NCBI GenBank assembly: GCA_951406725.2
Contig: OX597815.1
Coordinates: 43,772,001 to 43,836,000, forward strand
Source of the DNA: Octopus vulgaris
Taxonomy: Eukaryota
Length of the DNA stretch: 64,000 nucleotides
Direction of reading: 5' to 3'
Shown here: one piece after another, positions 13,683 to 28,139 of the stretch
Numbering within the stretch: position 1 is the first letter of the stretch
Layout of the letters: every line of letters starts with the position of its first letter
The notes under the pieces: model-generated
Database searches by the model: none
What the model was told of the DNA's origin: nothing
Seen by the model: the letters and a program-made list of their open reading frames with translations, nothing else
Made by a program: the position numbers and the translations under genes

Positions 13683-13810
13683 TACAAACACACGCAAGTA
13701 TCGTGCACACGCACACAAACACACACATACACACTCACACACACTCACGCACAAAAAACATGCAGATACATAAATGGGCGTATCAGCTGTTTCCGAATAC
13801 GTCTGCTCTT

Positions 13811-13877
<67 letters not shown>

Positions 13878-14173
13878 ATGCGTGTTTTTGTTTGACTATG
13901 AGTAGATTAGTGTTTTCTGTTTGACCGTGTGCATGTGCGTGAGGCTTTTGGGCGTGGTATAAATGATTACAAACATGAAAATTGTTATGTATTGGGTTTT
14001 ATATCTTTTACTTTCACTGGTTTCAGTCCTTAGACTGTGAATATGGCCATGATTCGGCCTACACCGAAGAGTTTTTAGTTCAATAAACCAGCCTAAGAAC
14101 ATATTTCATTCTGGACTTATTTTTTATTGCACTCTTAATTGTCTAATAAATTGCAAGGTATAAAGAGACACAA

Positions 14174-14219
<46 letters not shown>

Positions 14220-14431
14220 TGCGCGCGCACACACACACACATATATAAACGTCGTTGTACACAGATTCACACACATATACACATGCACACAAACGCACTC
14301 ACACACGTAATCCGCCTCTGCCTTTCACACGTACACACCCTCTACCGCCCCACTCTATCAGTGACGCACGCTTACACAACTCCCTTTCTTTCTCTCACGC
14401 ATACATCCTTTCTCTCTCTCTTTTCTACACC

Positions 14432-14462
<31 letters not shown>

Positions 14463-14929
14463 GCAGAAACACTCATGCATATATAAATTAATATTAATAA
14501 ATGACAAAAGAAAAGGTGTTATATAATTGCATTCATTAATTTACAGCTGCTTCCGGTATAAAGCATATTGCATCTAGCGGTGCGAGTCAGCGTGACTTCT
14601 CACTTCATCAATGTGTGTGTGTGTGTGTGTGTGTATGCACGCGCGTAAGCGGATGCTTCTGCAATTTCCGTCTACCTTATTTATTCACGAACATTAAACA
14701 TTGGCGTACTTCGAATCCGAAACTACGTGTTTGCAACGCGAACGTCTTTGCTTCGCAACCATTCCTGCGCTTATTTGTTGCTTATAATTTCTTTAAGAAA
14801 AAAAAAGGTGCAGATACATAAAAATGCACATTTTCACAGGTGCACGTGCATAATGACGAGCAGATGGGACAACACATGCACACATATATACATAAAAAGG
14901 AAATCATTCACCTGAAAATACAAATCTGC

Positions 14930-14999
<70 letters not shown>

Positions 15000-15004
15000 G
15001 CACA

Positions 15005-15049
<45 letters not shown>

Positions 15050-15652
15050 GAGAGAGAGAGAGAGAAAGACAGACAGACAGCTACAGACACAGAGAGAGAG
15101 GGAGAGAGAGAGAAAGAGAGAGAGATAAAGAGATAGAAAGAAAGAGAGAGAGAGAGAGAGAGAGAGCTGTATGCGTGTGTGTGTGTATTAACGATTTTCT
15201 TTTGCTTGTTCGTTTTCTATACCGAGTTATAATAAAAGCAATTTAAGATTAACCTGAATAACCTGAATAGTCCATTCCCTGAGAATGGACTATGCGGAGC
15301 AGGAGCACGCATGATGGCGGAAAGTGTCGCTGAAGAGGTCACAGATGTGTGAAGAAGGATTTCCGGATTATGGACATGAGTTAAAATAATAACAGTAATA
15401 AACGAGAGACTAACGGATAAAAAGAGCGTGTGTTTATTTGGTAAAACAAAAAAGAATTTACCATCCCGAAATGCAACAATATCTGTTTCAAAACACGGTT
15501 TCGCACCAGGAACCTTACAACAAAGTTTTTTGCATATATATATACATATATATATTGATAAAAATGGTAAGACAACAAAAGAATGAAAGCGACCTTCATA
15601 TTATGTAAATAGAAGAATTTACCTGTAAATGTGACAATTATTCGGTAGCCAT

Positions 15653-15713
15653 GATAAAACTCCGAGTTTCGGATGCCGAGGTGGAAATCCACGCCGCCAT
15701 CTCTTCGGTTATC
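15653..15713 (-). ncRNA. Type I hammerhead ribozyme motif with long stem II (left arm of an inverted repeat)
   Basis: Minus strand reads gataa CCGAAGA gatg..gtgga tt tccac..catcc GAAA ctcggag TT ttatc; stem I gataa/ttatc, GUU triplet. Confidence 0.6.
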
Positions 15714-15818
15714 CGGCTTTTTTTCCGATGGCCGGATAACTGAAGAGATGGCGGTGTGGATTTCCACCTCGGCATCTGAAACTCGGATGGCTACCGAATA
15801 ATCGTCACATATTACATT

Positions 15819-15858
<40 letters not shown>

Positions 15859-16506
15859 TACATACGTTATTAAAAATAAACATTAAGTCACATATATATA
15901 TATATATATGTCATTTTAAGGAAAGGAAAAATATTTTTCCAATATTCTCCAGACATTTTGACGCAAATATATATATTTTTTAACATTTAAGCCTTCTGTC
16001 GTTTTTTCACTCTTTACTATTTTCTTATATATTCACCCACATGCTTTACCAAACAAACTTTCTTATCTATATATAGATATATATATATATCATGATGCAT
16101 GCATGTACATGACTTTATGCATGCACACATGTGTGCGTTTATGTGAAAATGTTTCTTTGTGTGTGTGTGTGTGTATGTGTGTGTGTGTGTGTGTATCTGC
16201 GTACGTGTGTGTATACGGTGCAAGAGGATATATTTAAACACACTCAAAAATGAAAGCGTACATGTAAGTCAAGGACACGAGTTCGAATATTCTCGCTTAC
16301 ATACAAAATAGCGTATACAATAAGCTCTCTGAATTACAAGTAAGCACAAAGAATCATAATTATACACACACAAACACATACACACACACACACACACATT
16401 CACACACACACGCACACTCACACGCACGCACGAATATACATTGCTAGATAATCGTTAGATTATCAGTTCATTCGCCTCGAGTAGGAAACCACTACTCGTT
16501 ACTCTC

Positions 16507-16555
<49 letters not shown>

Positions 16556-16780
16556 CATCTATCTATCTATCTATCTTGTACATTCTGCAGGACTATTTTT
16601 AGAAACGAACAAAGAACGCAGGTGATGGACAAACGAATGCCTCCTTCCACTTTTCCATTCGCGAACCTTTCCAACTCCTTTACCCTTTCGCCTCCTCTCC
16701 CATTTCGTCCTATAAACACATACAAAAGTCCTAAGCCCATTTGCTTATTATTATGATTATGATTATGATTATCATCATCA

Positions 16781-16856
<76 letters not shown>

Positions 16857-16870
16857 CATTATTATTATTA

Positions 16871-16923
<53 letters not shown>

Positions 16924-16959
16924 TTTACTATCATTATTATTATTATTATTATTATTATC

Positions 16960-16990
<31 letters not shown>

Positions 16991-17034
16991 ATTATTATTA
17001 TTATTATTATTATCATTATTATTATCATTATTAT

Positions 17035-17955
<921 letters not shown>

Positions 17956-18829
17956 TATTATTAATAATGATAATACTTCACAATGATACCATCATATTCA
18001 CCATCACCACCACAATCACCACACTATCGCCGACAACACAACCATCGCATCCACACCACCGACACCAGCGCCACTACCATCACCACCACTACAACAACAA
18101 ACACCATCACTAACATAAACAACACCACTACTACTATTACTATAAGAGCCGCCCCCAAAATTAAGAGATAATATCGGTTTCAAATTTTTGCACAACGCCA
18201 GCAATTTTTGGGTTTGGGGTAAGTGATGACATTGACACCAATGCTCAACTAGTATTTATTTTACGAATCCCGAAAAGATGAAAGGCAAAGTCGATAGTGT
18301 TGGGTTTTGAACTCAGAATGTAAGTAAAGTCGGAAGAAATGCCGATAAGAATTTTATCCGGCGCGGTTATTTAAACGATTAGCGGACGAAATACTTAGCG
18401 GTATTTCGTCTGCCGTAACGTTCTGAGTTCAAATTCCACCGAGGTTGACTTTGCCTTTCATCCTTTCGGGGTCGATTAAGTACCAGTTACGCACTAGGGT
18501 CGATATAATCGATTTAATCCGTTTGTCTATCCTTGTTTGTCTCCTCTGTGTATAGCCCCTTGTGGGTAGTAAAGAAATAGGTATTTCGTCTGTCTTTACG
18601 TTCTGAGCTCAAATTCCGTTATCAAATAGTCCTGCAGAATGTACAAGATAGATAGATAGATAGACAGATAGATAGATGGGGAGAGAGAGCGAAAGACATA
18701 GAGAGAGAAAGGAGAGTTACGAGTAGTGGTTTCCTACTCGAGGCGAATGAATTGATAACGTTATCTAGCAACTATTCCTCTGTCCGTCTCCCCCTCCGCC
18801 ATACTCGGTCTGTCTCTCTTGGCTGTCTT

Positions 18830-18909
18830 TTTTGGTCTCGGGTCACTCTGCTGGTTCGAGCCTTCCATTTTCCTTTTGTTGTTTATTTTCCCTTCAGTTT
18901 CTCTCTTTC

Positions 18910-18958
<49 letters not shown>

Positions 18959-20000
18959 TTCTTCCTCATCACCGTCCGATTCTTCTTCACCTTCTTTACA
19001 ATATCTTTTAATGTGACCCAGTTGGCCACACTAGAAACATCGGGGCTTACGCCTCTCAACAAAAGTTTTCAGAACTTTCTCCCATGCTTCTACTATTTCT
19101 GGGAGCTGAATTTTCTAAAAATTTCTGCTCTGCCTGCAATAGCAGGTTGAGCGTTTCTCCAGTCTAATATGTATTCTCCGTGACGGTAGCCTGCAGGAGG
19201 TTTATATTATCCTTCCTGTTTGCCAGGACTACCGCCATGAAGCACATAGGGTTTACTCCGGGTGGAGCTCTTGGTATTCCAACCTTAGATGTTCTCATTC
19301 CCATGTAAATTTGGATTAATATCGTCTTCCGACTCCAATGATTTTACAGAGTGTTGTTGTACCGATTCTGCGTTCTTGAACTTCATCTCGATGGTTTCAA
19401 ACTTCTTCCCTCTGGCTAGGTATGTAATGTCTTGCCAGATGGGTTTTAAACATTTTTCGATTTTCTGCTCACTTATCTTGTCAATTTTTCGAGTTTTTAA
19501 GCAGAATGTCTTAAAAATAATAGTTTTCTTTTTTTTCTGCCATTAATTGTTCCTCTGGTATTTCCACGTTTTCCACTCCATCTCGTACCGTTATCATTTC
19601 CCTGTATTTTAATAATTCCTTTTTGTCAGTTGACAGCTGCCGCGTTCCACTCCCAGCTGCTGACGCAAAACTTTTTCTTTCTTCATTTTGAATGGTATTT
19701 GCTTCTCTATTTCTTTTGGTACCCGTAACTTTTGGTAACGCACGGAATTCACTTTCCGAAACATCAGAAATGTTATCAAAAATTAAATTCCTGCTCAGTC
19801 GATGAATTTTCACCCGGCGAAGACACACTTTTCGGCATCTTGCCGGCAATTAATGTTTTCCTCCACAGGGGAAAACCACAGATAGCTTTCGAAAGAAAAC
19901 TATTATACAATTTTTAAACAATAAGTCAAAAAATAGGCACAACTAGAGATATAACGATATAACAATTAACAGAAACTTACTTTACGAACACACTCCAACA
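18830..20000 (-). mobile_element. Decayed LINE 5' region (L1/Tx1-like ORF1 with zinc knuckle)
   Basis: Lys/Glu-rich frameshifted reading frame (ORF 19511-19849 and continuation). At ~18995-19057 it reads RRKPRCF*CGQLGHIKRYC, a CX2CX4HX4C motif with an in-frame stop. Confidence 0.6.
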
Positions 20001-20029
20001 ATAAATTTTCAATAACAGACAGACGAAAT

Positions 20030-20263
20030 ATTTATTTCTTTATTACCCACAAGGAGCTAAACACAGAGGGGACAAGCAAGGCCAGACAAAAGAATTAAGT
20101 CGATTAGATCGACTCCAGTGCGTAACTGGTACTTAATTTATCGACCCCGAAAGAATGAAAGGCAAAGTCGACCTCGGCGGAATTTGAACTCAGAACGTAA
20201 CGGCAGACGAAATACCGCTAAGCATTTCGCCCGGCGTGCTAACGATTCTGCCAGCCCACCGCC
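20030..20263 (-). mobile_element. Family A SINE (further diverged copies extend to ~20882)
   Basis: Reverse complement of the family A consensus. Confidence 0.8.
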
Positions 20264-20879
20264 TATCCTCATATTACACTCGTCTGTCTCCTTTTTACGT
20301 TTTCTTTTTTTCTACTACAGGCGCAAAGCTTAAAATTCGGTGAGAAGAGCCAGTCCACTACATCGGCCCCAGTACTCAACTGGTATTTATTTTAACCACT
20401 CCGAAAGAATAAAAGGCAAAGTCGACCTCGGTGACATTTGACAGTAACTTAATACTGGTTCCAAATTTTGGCACAACGCTAGCAGTTTCGAAGGAGGGGA
20501 CTAAGTCGATTAGATTCACACCAGCGCTCAGCTGATACTTATTCAATTGACCACGAATGCATCGCTAGAGTAAGTACCAGGTAAAGCCTACCTCGACGGA
20601 ATTTAAACTCAAGACTTAAAATCGGACGAAATGCTGCTAAGCATTGCTGCGCGAAGTGCTTACGATTTTTTCCTACTCTAGGCACAGGACCCGATATTTT
20701 GAGGAAGGATACCAGTCGATTAGATCGATCCCAGTATGCAACTGGTAGTTAACTTGTCGACCCCGAAAGGATGAAAGGCGAAGTCGACTTCGGCGGAATT
20801 TGAACTCAGAACGTAGCGACGGTCGAAATACTGCTGAGCATTTCGTCCAGCGCTCTAACGATTCTGCCAGATTACCGCC

Positions 20880-20931
<52 letters not shown>

Positions 20932-20947
20932 ATAATAATAATAATAA

Positions 20948-21058
20948 TCTTACGTCCATATGTTAAATGCACCGGTTCTCGTCCGATCACTGAAGTTAAG
21001 GATCGTCGAGCCTAGAAGGTGCTTAGATGGGTGACCGCCTGGATGGGAGCTGTAAACA
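20948..21058 (+). pseudogene. 5S rRNA pseudogene or 5S-derived retroposon head
   Basis: GCACCGGTTCTCGTCCGATCACTGAAGTTAAG...GCTTAGATGGGTGACCGCCTGG follows invertebrate 5S rRNA, with deletions and substitutions. Confidence 0.8.
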
Positions 21059-21069
21059 TTTCAATAAGT

Positions 21070-22264
21070 AATTTCTGATCTTAACTAATTGGAATAATAA
21101 TAATAAAAGATGGGCTACAGGAAATATTCGGCTCAATACAACAGATTTGCTTGTCAATTAACCAGTTGAGCATGTCCCTTAGTGGCTGACGATATGTGCA
21201 TCTCTGTTCACGAGCAGAAGTAAGCATCATAGCTATGTGTTGGGAGGAATTCTTTGAGGTTTGGATAATTAACCTCTGGAATGGGAGTTTCGTGCAATCC
21301 TTAAACAACCCTTAATCAGGGACCTTTTGAGCGGGATGGACTACTAGACCAGAAGAAAGTTCTAACTAGGCCCACACCTAATTTGCCGTTTAATATGAAA
21401 TCACCATGTCAAGCATATATGGTTATAATGCATGTGCCTGGTGTATATCATAGTCGTGATGAGTATACTGGCCTTCGTATATTTTACCCGAATGTCACTT
21501 TAATGGTATGCACTGCTCTCTCACTAGTAATAATGATAATAATAATAATGATTATTATTATTATTATTATTTCATTTGTTTGCCACAAAGGCGAAGGATT
21601 TGGGGGAGAATACAAAGACAGACATCAAGTGAGGAGGTTAGCTATAATAAAATGATAGAATATTGAAACAAGGGCAAGAAAGAAAGAAATTAAGTATACA
21701 CGGTATATACTATACCTTGATGCAGTACCAGGCACTGGTCTCATGGCTTCTGATCTTAACTGATTGGAAGTATATCATATACATATTTTGTCTTGGTTTA
21801 AAAGATGGGCTACAGCAAATATTCTGCGCAATACCACAGATTTGCTTGTCAGTTGTTTGAGCTTAACCAGTTAAGCATGTCTCTTAGTGGCTAACAATAT
21901 GTGCATCTTTGTTCACAAGCAGAAATAGTGGGGGAAGCGGGATAGTCATGTGTTGAGAGGAATTCTTTGAGGTTTGGATAATTAACCTCTGGAAGCATGA
22001 GTGTTTCGTTCAACATCCTGAAACAACGCTTATTCAAGGACCTTTTGAGTGGAATGGGCTACTCGACCTGAAGAAATTCTAACTGGGCCACCTTCGAGGT
22101 CATGCGCTGTTTATCTTGATATGAGATCATCATGTTGCGCACATATATTTGAAATGCATGGGCCTGGTGTACCCTTATCGGACGGGTAGTTATAATGGGT
22201 ACACTGGGCTTCGTATATTTATACATCAGTGTCACTAACAACACATTGTACTATTCTCTCACTC

Positions 22265-22265
<1 letters not shown>
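21070..22265 (+). mobile_element. Two diverged copies of a ~480-bp SINE/LINE-tail-like repeat (21070-21530 and ~21715-22265)
   Basis: Shared blocks TCTGATCTTAACT, AAAAGATGGGCTACAG and GGAATTCTTTGAGGTTTGGATAATTAACCTCTGGAA; both end in CTCTCACT plus an (AAT)n tail. Confidence 0.7.
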
Positions 22266-22317
<52 letters not shown>

Positions 22318-22658
22318 TAACAATAATAATAATATTAATGTTTATAAATGCTAGCTAGACTTCATGTAAAGTGTGTGTCTGTGTGAATGTGAGAGAGAGA
22401 GAGTGAAAGAAAGAGAGAGAGGAGTGCGAAGAGAATGCGAAAGACAATGGAAAATTACAATGTAAATATGGTGCGAGAGAGAGAGAGAGACAGAGACAGA
22501 CAGAGAGAGAGACAGACAGACAGAGACAGAGACGGAGAAAGACAGACATGCAGACGGATAAAGAGCGACAGATAGATAAGTTTCTTTATTGGCCACACAG
22601 GGCTGCACACAGATGGGACAAGTTACAAGGTAGAGCTTTTCTTTTGGGGGAGAAAAAA

Positions 22659-22742
<84 letters not shown>

Positions 22743-23262
22743 ACAATTAGACAAACAGATAGATAAGGTGAGATGTCTCTCTTTAACATATGGTTCTTCT
22801 AGGTCATTGTAGTCTCATAGGAGATCATTCAACATAGAGTTCTATTGAAGTTAACACTGATGCTACATATGCCACATCTAATAACGACAAGCTCAATAGA
22901 GCTTGTCACACATACGACCACCTGTTATCAAATCTATTCGATTATTGCAGCAAATTTCAATGTTCTAACAATAACAATACTTGCTTAATTCTCTTCTATA
23001 TTTACTCATAGTAGGGAATTTTTGTATCAAATGTTTATGTGTATGTGTTGCGCACGCGTTGCGTAGTTCAGATATGTGTTTTGTATGTGTTTTTGTATGT
23101 GTGTTTGTATGTGTGTTTGCCTTGTACGTGAAGGCGCGTGGCTTAGTGGTTAGGGCATTCGGCTCACGATCGTAAGGTCGTGAGTTCAATTCCCGGCGAC
23201 ACGTTGTATCCTTGGGCAAGAGACTTTATTTCACGTTGCTCTAGATAGATAGATAGATAGAC

Positions 23263-23296
<34 letters not shown>

Positions 23297-23867
23297 GCGA
23301 ACACTGTATACATTTGTATATTTGTGTATCGATTTATCTATATATGTGTGTGTGTGTGTGTGTCTATCTGCATGTGCGTGTGTCTGTGTGTGTGTATGGA
23401 GTCACGTGGCTTAGTGGTTAGGGTATTCGGCTCACGACCTTAAGGTCATGTGCCCGATTCCTGGTAACACTTGAACAAGACACTTTAATTCGCGTTGCTC
23501 CAGTCTACTGAGCTGGCAAAAATGAGTTGTACCTGCAATTCAAAGGGTCAGCCTTATCATTTTCTGTGTAACGCTGAATCTCCCTGAGAACTACGTTAAG
23601 AGTATGCGTGTTTGTGGAGTACTCAGCTACTTGCACGTTAATTTCATGGCCAGGTTGTTCTGTTGTTGATCGAATCAACTAAAATACACGTTGTCGTAAG
23701 CGACGGAATACCATATAATAATCTGGAGCCATGTTGTTGGGAAGTACCAGTACTTTATTTTCTCCCCTTCTTAGCTCACCTATCCAACCAGTCGGCATGA
23801 TTGACCGTTAAATCCACAAGTTTTTTTTTTTAAATTTTATTCTCTCTCTGTTTATTTCCTCATATTC

Positions 23868-23903
23868 CTTTCTGTTGAAGAGCGTAGGCTCAAAACCTAA
23901 AAG
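23868..23903 (+). repeat. Degenerate copy of the minimal-HHR repeat family also at 33098 and 50687
   Basis: cttt CTGTTGA a gagc gtag gctc AAAA cc ta aaag; the GAAA core is mutated. Confidence 0.5.
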
Positions 23904-23995
23904 ACTTTCTCACTTTCCCGAGGGCCAAACTAATACACCTACTTGCTGTTTATACGCCTGCCTTCAGCTTTTATTTTTCTGTAAATTATATACAT

Positions 23996-24052
<57 letters not shown>

Positions 24053-24367
24053 TGCATACATACATACATACATACATACATACATACATACATACAGACA
24101 GACAGACAGACAGATCTTAGCCAGGCATTTATGCATGTATGTTTGCACGTATGTATACACGACTGTACAAAACTATTCACAAGGATTTGGTTGGCCGTAA
24201 TAGAATACACTTGTGCAAGGTGCTGCGCTGTGGAACTGAACCCAAGACTCCATATTCGGAAAGCAACCACACACCCACTCCTAATGAGTATATAGATTAT
24301 GCATAATCTGTAATCAATAAATGAATTGCTTTAACGAAGACATTTCCAGGTATATCAATTTAGATAT

Positions 24368-24603
24368 ACCTATTTCTTTATTACCCACAAGGGGCTAAAC
24401 ACAGAGAGAACAAACAAGGACAGACATAGGTATTAAGTAGATTAAATCGTCCCCAGTGCGTAACTGGTACTTTATTTATCGACCCCGAAAGGATGAAAGG
24501 CAAAGTCGACCTCGGCGGAATTTGAACTCAGAACGTAACGACAGACGAAATACCGCTAAGCATTTCGCCCGGCGCGCTAACGTTTCTGCCAGCTCGCCGC
24601 CTT
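24368..24603 (-). mobile_element. Family A SINE, full length
   Basis: Close to the window consensus, with ATTTAGATATACC on both sides. Confidence 0.85.
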
Positions 24604-24854
24604 CTATTTAATTTAGATATACCAGTTGGCTAAACCAATTACGTTTGTCTTCAAGTAAAGTAACATGAAACTTCATAAGCAAAATTTGAACGTAAAGACG
24701 GACGAAATGCCACTAAAGCATATTGTCGGCTCGCTGCCTTAAACTTTTATGTAATATTGATAACACCGTTTGCTTTGGTTTGTTTGTTTGTTTTTTTTAA
24801 CTACTAAAGCTCCGACAAGTAGTGAAAAGGAAAGAAAAAAATCCTTTTATCAAT

Positions 24855-25090
24855 ACCTATTTCTTTACTACCCACAAGGGGCTAAACACAGACAGGACAA
24901 ACAAGGACAGACAAACGGATTAAGTCGATTACATCGCTTCCAGTGTGTAACTGGTACTTATTTAATCGACCCCGAAAGGATGAAAGGCAAAGTCGACTTC
25001 GGCGGAATTTGAACTCAGAAAGTAGCGACAGACGAAATGCTGCTGAGTATTTCGCCCGGCGTGCTAACGTTTCTGCCAGCTCGCCGCCTT
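24855..25090 (-). mobile_element. Family A SINE, full length
   Basis: CCTTTTATCAA occurs on both sides (24843-24853 and 25091-25101), a probable TSD. Confidence 0.85.
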
Positions 25091-25106
25091 CCTTTTATCA
25101 ACTCCT

Positions 25107-25334
25107 TTAACCCTTTAGCATTCAGATTACTCTGTCAAACGTAAAGCCTGTTTAATCACATTATTTTAAATTAATTGTACAGCATCTTGTAACTCTGGGA
25201 TTTTGATGATTTTCCTGTTTATTTTTAGAATGACCTTGTAGGGTAGGTGTGAGAGGTCAGAGATGGCTGGTTTGAGCATAAAACAGGAAGACAATTTTGG
25301 CCTGGTATGGCCGGTTTAAACACTAAAGGGTTAA
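25107..25334. mobile_element. piggyBac-like MITE
   Basis: TTAA|CCCTTTAG ... CTAAAGGG|TTAA: TTAA TSD with CCC/GGG termini. Confidence 0.75.
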
Positions 25335-25482
25335 ACCAAACTTAAATCTCCGACAGGCATGAAAGCTTTGTTTTCGCGAAATATGGATTTCAAATTTTTG
25401 CACAAGATCAGCAAGTTCGGGAGTAGTGTGGGTGGGGGGGATAAATCTCTTTCATTGACCCCGGTGCTCAACTAGTATTTTG

Positions 25483-25916
25483 GGATCTTTTCGGTTTGAA
25501 CGGCAGTTTTTTCTAGCGGTGTCATATGAAATTGTCACCCATAATTATGACCCTAGTATCGATCTATTGCATTTCAGTCTATTTTAGGGTTAGGGTTAGA
25601 GTTAGGGTTAGGGTTAGGGGTGGGGGAAGGGTATCTGTTTTTCTTCACAAATGTAAATAAACCCAATCTGTTTATTAAACGAGGGACATATTCATACGGC
25701 ACAGAATGTTTTCACCTCAATAGACGGTCATTGGTTGGTTGAAATTGCAGAAATTGAAGAAAAAAACAACAAATATCTTACAAGCTATAGAATTTTCTCA
25801 ATAAAGCCAAAAGAAAAAGATGTTTTATAAACACATTCTACCAGTATACAAAGTTTTAAAATTTTTTAGTTACCTAGAAATTATGTTAAAAACTGCCGTT
25901 CAAACCGAAAAGATCC
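25483..25916. mobile_element. MITE with ~29-bp TIRs, 8-bp TSD and an internal (TTAGGG)n tract
   Basis: TIRs GGATCTTTTCGGTTTGAACGGCAGTTTTT / AAAAACTGCCGTTCAAACCGAAAAGATCC. TSD GTATTTTG at 25475-25482 and 25917-25924. It splits a family A SINE. Confidence 0.85.
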
Positions 25917-26158
25917 GTATTTTGTTTTATCGACCCCGAAAGGATGAAAGGTTGGTAAAGTTGCAAGTAAAAGTTGACCTCAGCGAGATTTGAACTCAGA
26001 ATGTAAAGACGGACGAAATGTCACTAAGCATATTGTCAGCTCTCTGCCTTAAACTTTTATGTAATATTGATAACACCGTTTGCCTCGGTTTGTATTTTTT
26101 AACTACAAAAGCTCCGACAAGAAGTGAAAAGGAAAGAAAAAAAAAAACTTTTATCAAT

Positions 26159-26562
26159 ACTCTTTTACTCTTTTACTTGTTTCAGTCATTTGACTGCGGC
26201 CATGCTGGAGCACCGCCTTTAATCGAGCAACTCGACCCCGGGACTTATTCTTTTGTAAGCCCAGTACTTATTCTATCGGTCTCTTTTGCCGAACCGCTAA
26301 GTAACGGGGACATAAGCACACCAGCATCGATTGTCAAGCAATGCTAGGGGGGCAAACACAGACACACACACACGCACACGCATATATATATACATATATA
26401 CGACGGGCTTCTTTCAGTTTCCGTCTACCAAATCCACTCACAAGGCTTTGGTCGGCCCGAGGCTATAGTAGAAGACACTTGCCCAAGATGCCACGCAGTG
26501 GGACTGAACCCGGAACCATGTGGTTGGTAAACAAGCTACTTACCACACAGCCACTGCTGCGC
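26159..26562 (-). mobile_element. Family B SINE, full length
   Basis: tRNA-like head with B box GGGTTCAGTCCC, CORE-like TGGCATCTTGGGCAAGTGTCTT, internal microsatellite and (AGTAAAAG)n tail. Confidence 0.85.
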
Positions 26563-27763
26563 CTTTAAAACCAAGCTTAAAGCTCTGATGGGCATTAAAG
26601 CTTTGTTTTCGCGAAACATTGAAACGTAAACGACCGCATTGTTCTCAGAAACACTAAAATATTACGAAGATTAGTGTTGTACTTGCAGATGGCGACCAAA
26701 ATAATAAAATCAACTAATTTTAATACAAAATTTCTGATAAGCTGCTTTCTCTAGTTTTCTCTTTTGTTTCCCATCCCCCCGTTTGCTCCCTTTTCCTTTT
26801 CCTTTAACCCTATCTCTTATCACTTTATATCTTCATAACTCTTTCTCTCCCCTTCCTTCTTCTCTTTGTTATTGCCTTTCATTGTTTCTCATCCCCTACT
26901 GCATACTTCCCTATTCCTCTAGCTTCCTCTTCCTTTTCATATATCTTTTATCTTCGTCCCAGTTCTTTCTTTTATTTACTTTTTTTTTTTTGTTATTGTT
27001 CTCCTTTGTTTGATATCTAGCATCAGCCTTTGCCACCCACCTCCATCGCGACCGCTGCGCAGCATTATACTCTGCCTTTCTCCGTACGATTGCTCTCTGT
27101 TTAATATTTTTAATTACTCATTTTATCATGTTTCTCTCTTTCTTTTCCCCCTAAACCCCAATCACCCACATTGTTTTATCTGTTCTATTAACTCTAAATT
27201 AATATAATTTTTATTATATTTTGCTCATTTCTTTGTCTCGTGCATATAGACATCCACACATTCGGGCATGCGCACGCACAGACAAAGCGAAGCATTTCTC
27301 ATGCACGAACACTCACTCATGCATATTCAAACTCTCTCTCTGGCCCCTCTGTCTCTCCCTCTTTCACTTGCCTAAGTACTGCATAAATGCACGCATGAAC
27401 ACGCACTAGTACGCATAGACGTGTGCACATGCATAAAAATGCATGGACGCACCAGACATAAGCGTATTATTAATAAAGGTAGACACACAAATTTAGCAAT
27501 ATACCTATCGACATATTTGAATAGTTTCTAAAACTCTAAGTACACAGAAAATACATAATAATTACACGTTAAAATACATACACACACACATACAAACACA
27601 TATACACATATACACATAGATGAACACGCATATACACACATGCTCAGACGTACATCCATAATTATTCGTAATAGTCACAGGATATGAGTACACTTAAATC
27701 ATAACCAAAAATATTCATATTTCAAGAACTATTCATAAAGACATACATACAAATATATATATG

Positions 27764-27794
<31 letters not shown>

Positions 27795-28139
27795 GTATAT
27801 ATGTGTGTGTGTGTGTGTCCGTCTGTCTGTGTTTGTGTGTATATAGAGAAAGAGAGAGACAGGGACGGACAGACAGACAGACAGACACAGTAAAAGAGAT
27901 TGATGCGAACATGCATATTTATGTATATGTGTGTGTATGTACGTGTATAGATATATATATATATATATATATACATACATAGAGAGAGAGAGAGAGGTGC
28001 ATGCCTACATGCATATATGCATACACACGGAGGCACACGTATATATATATATACACACGCACGTACACGCGTGTATATAAATGTATGCATATATATAAGC
28101 ATATATATGCATATGTATGTGTAAGTGTAAGTATGCATA

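Noticed and set aside
25583-25620. (TTAGGG)n as a chromosome end or fusion scar
   Set aside because: It is short and lies inside a TIR/TSD-bounded MITE.
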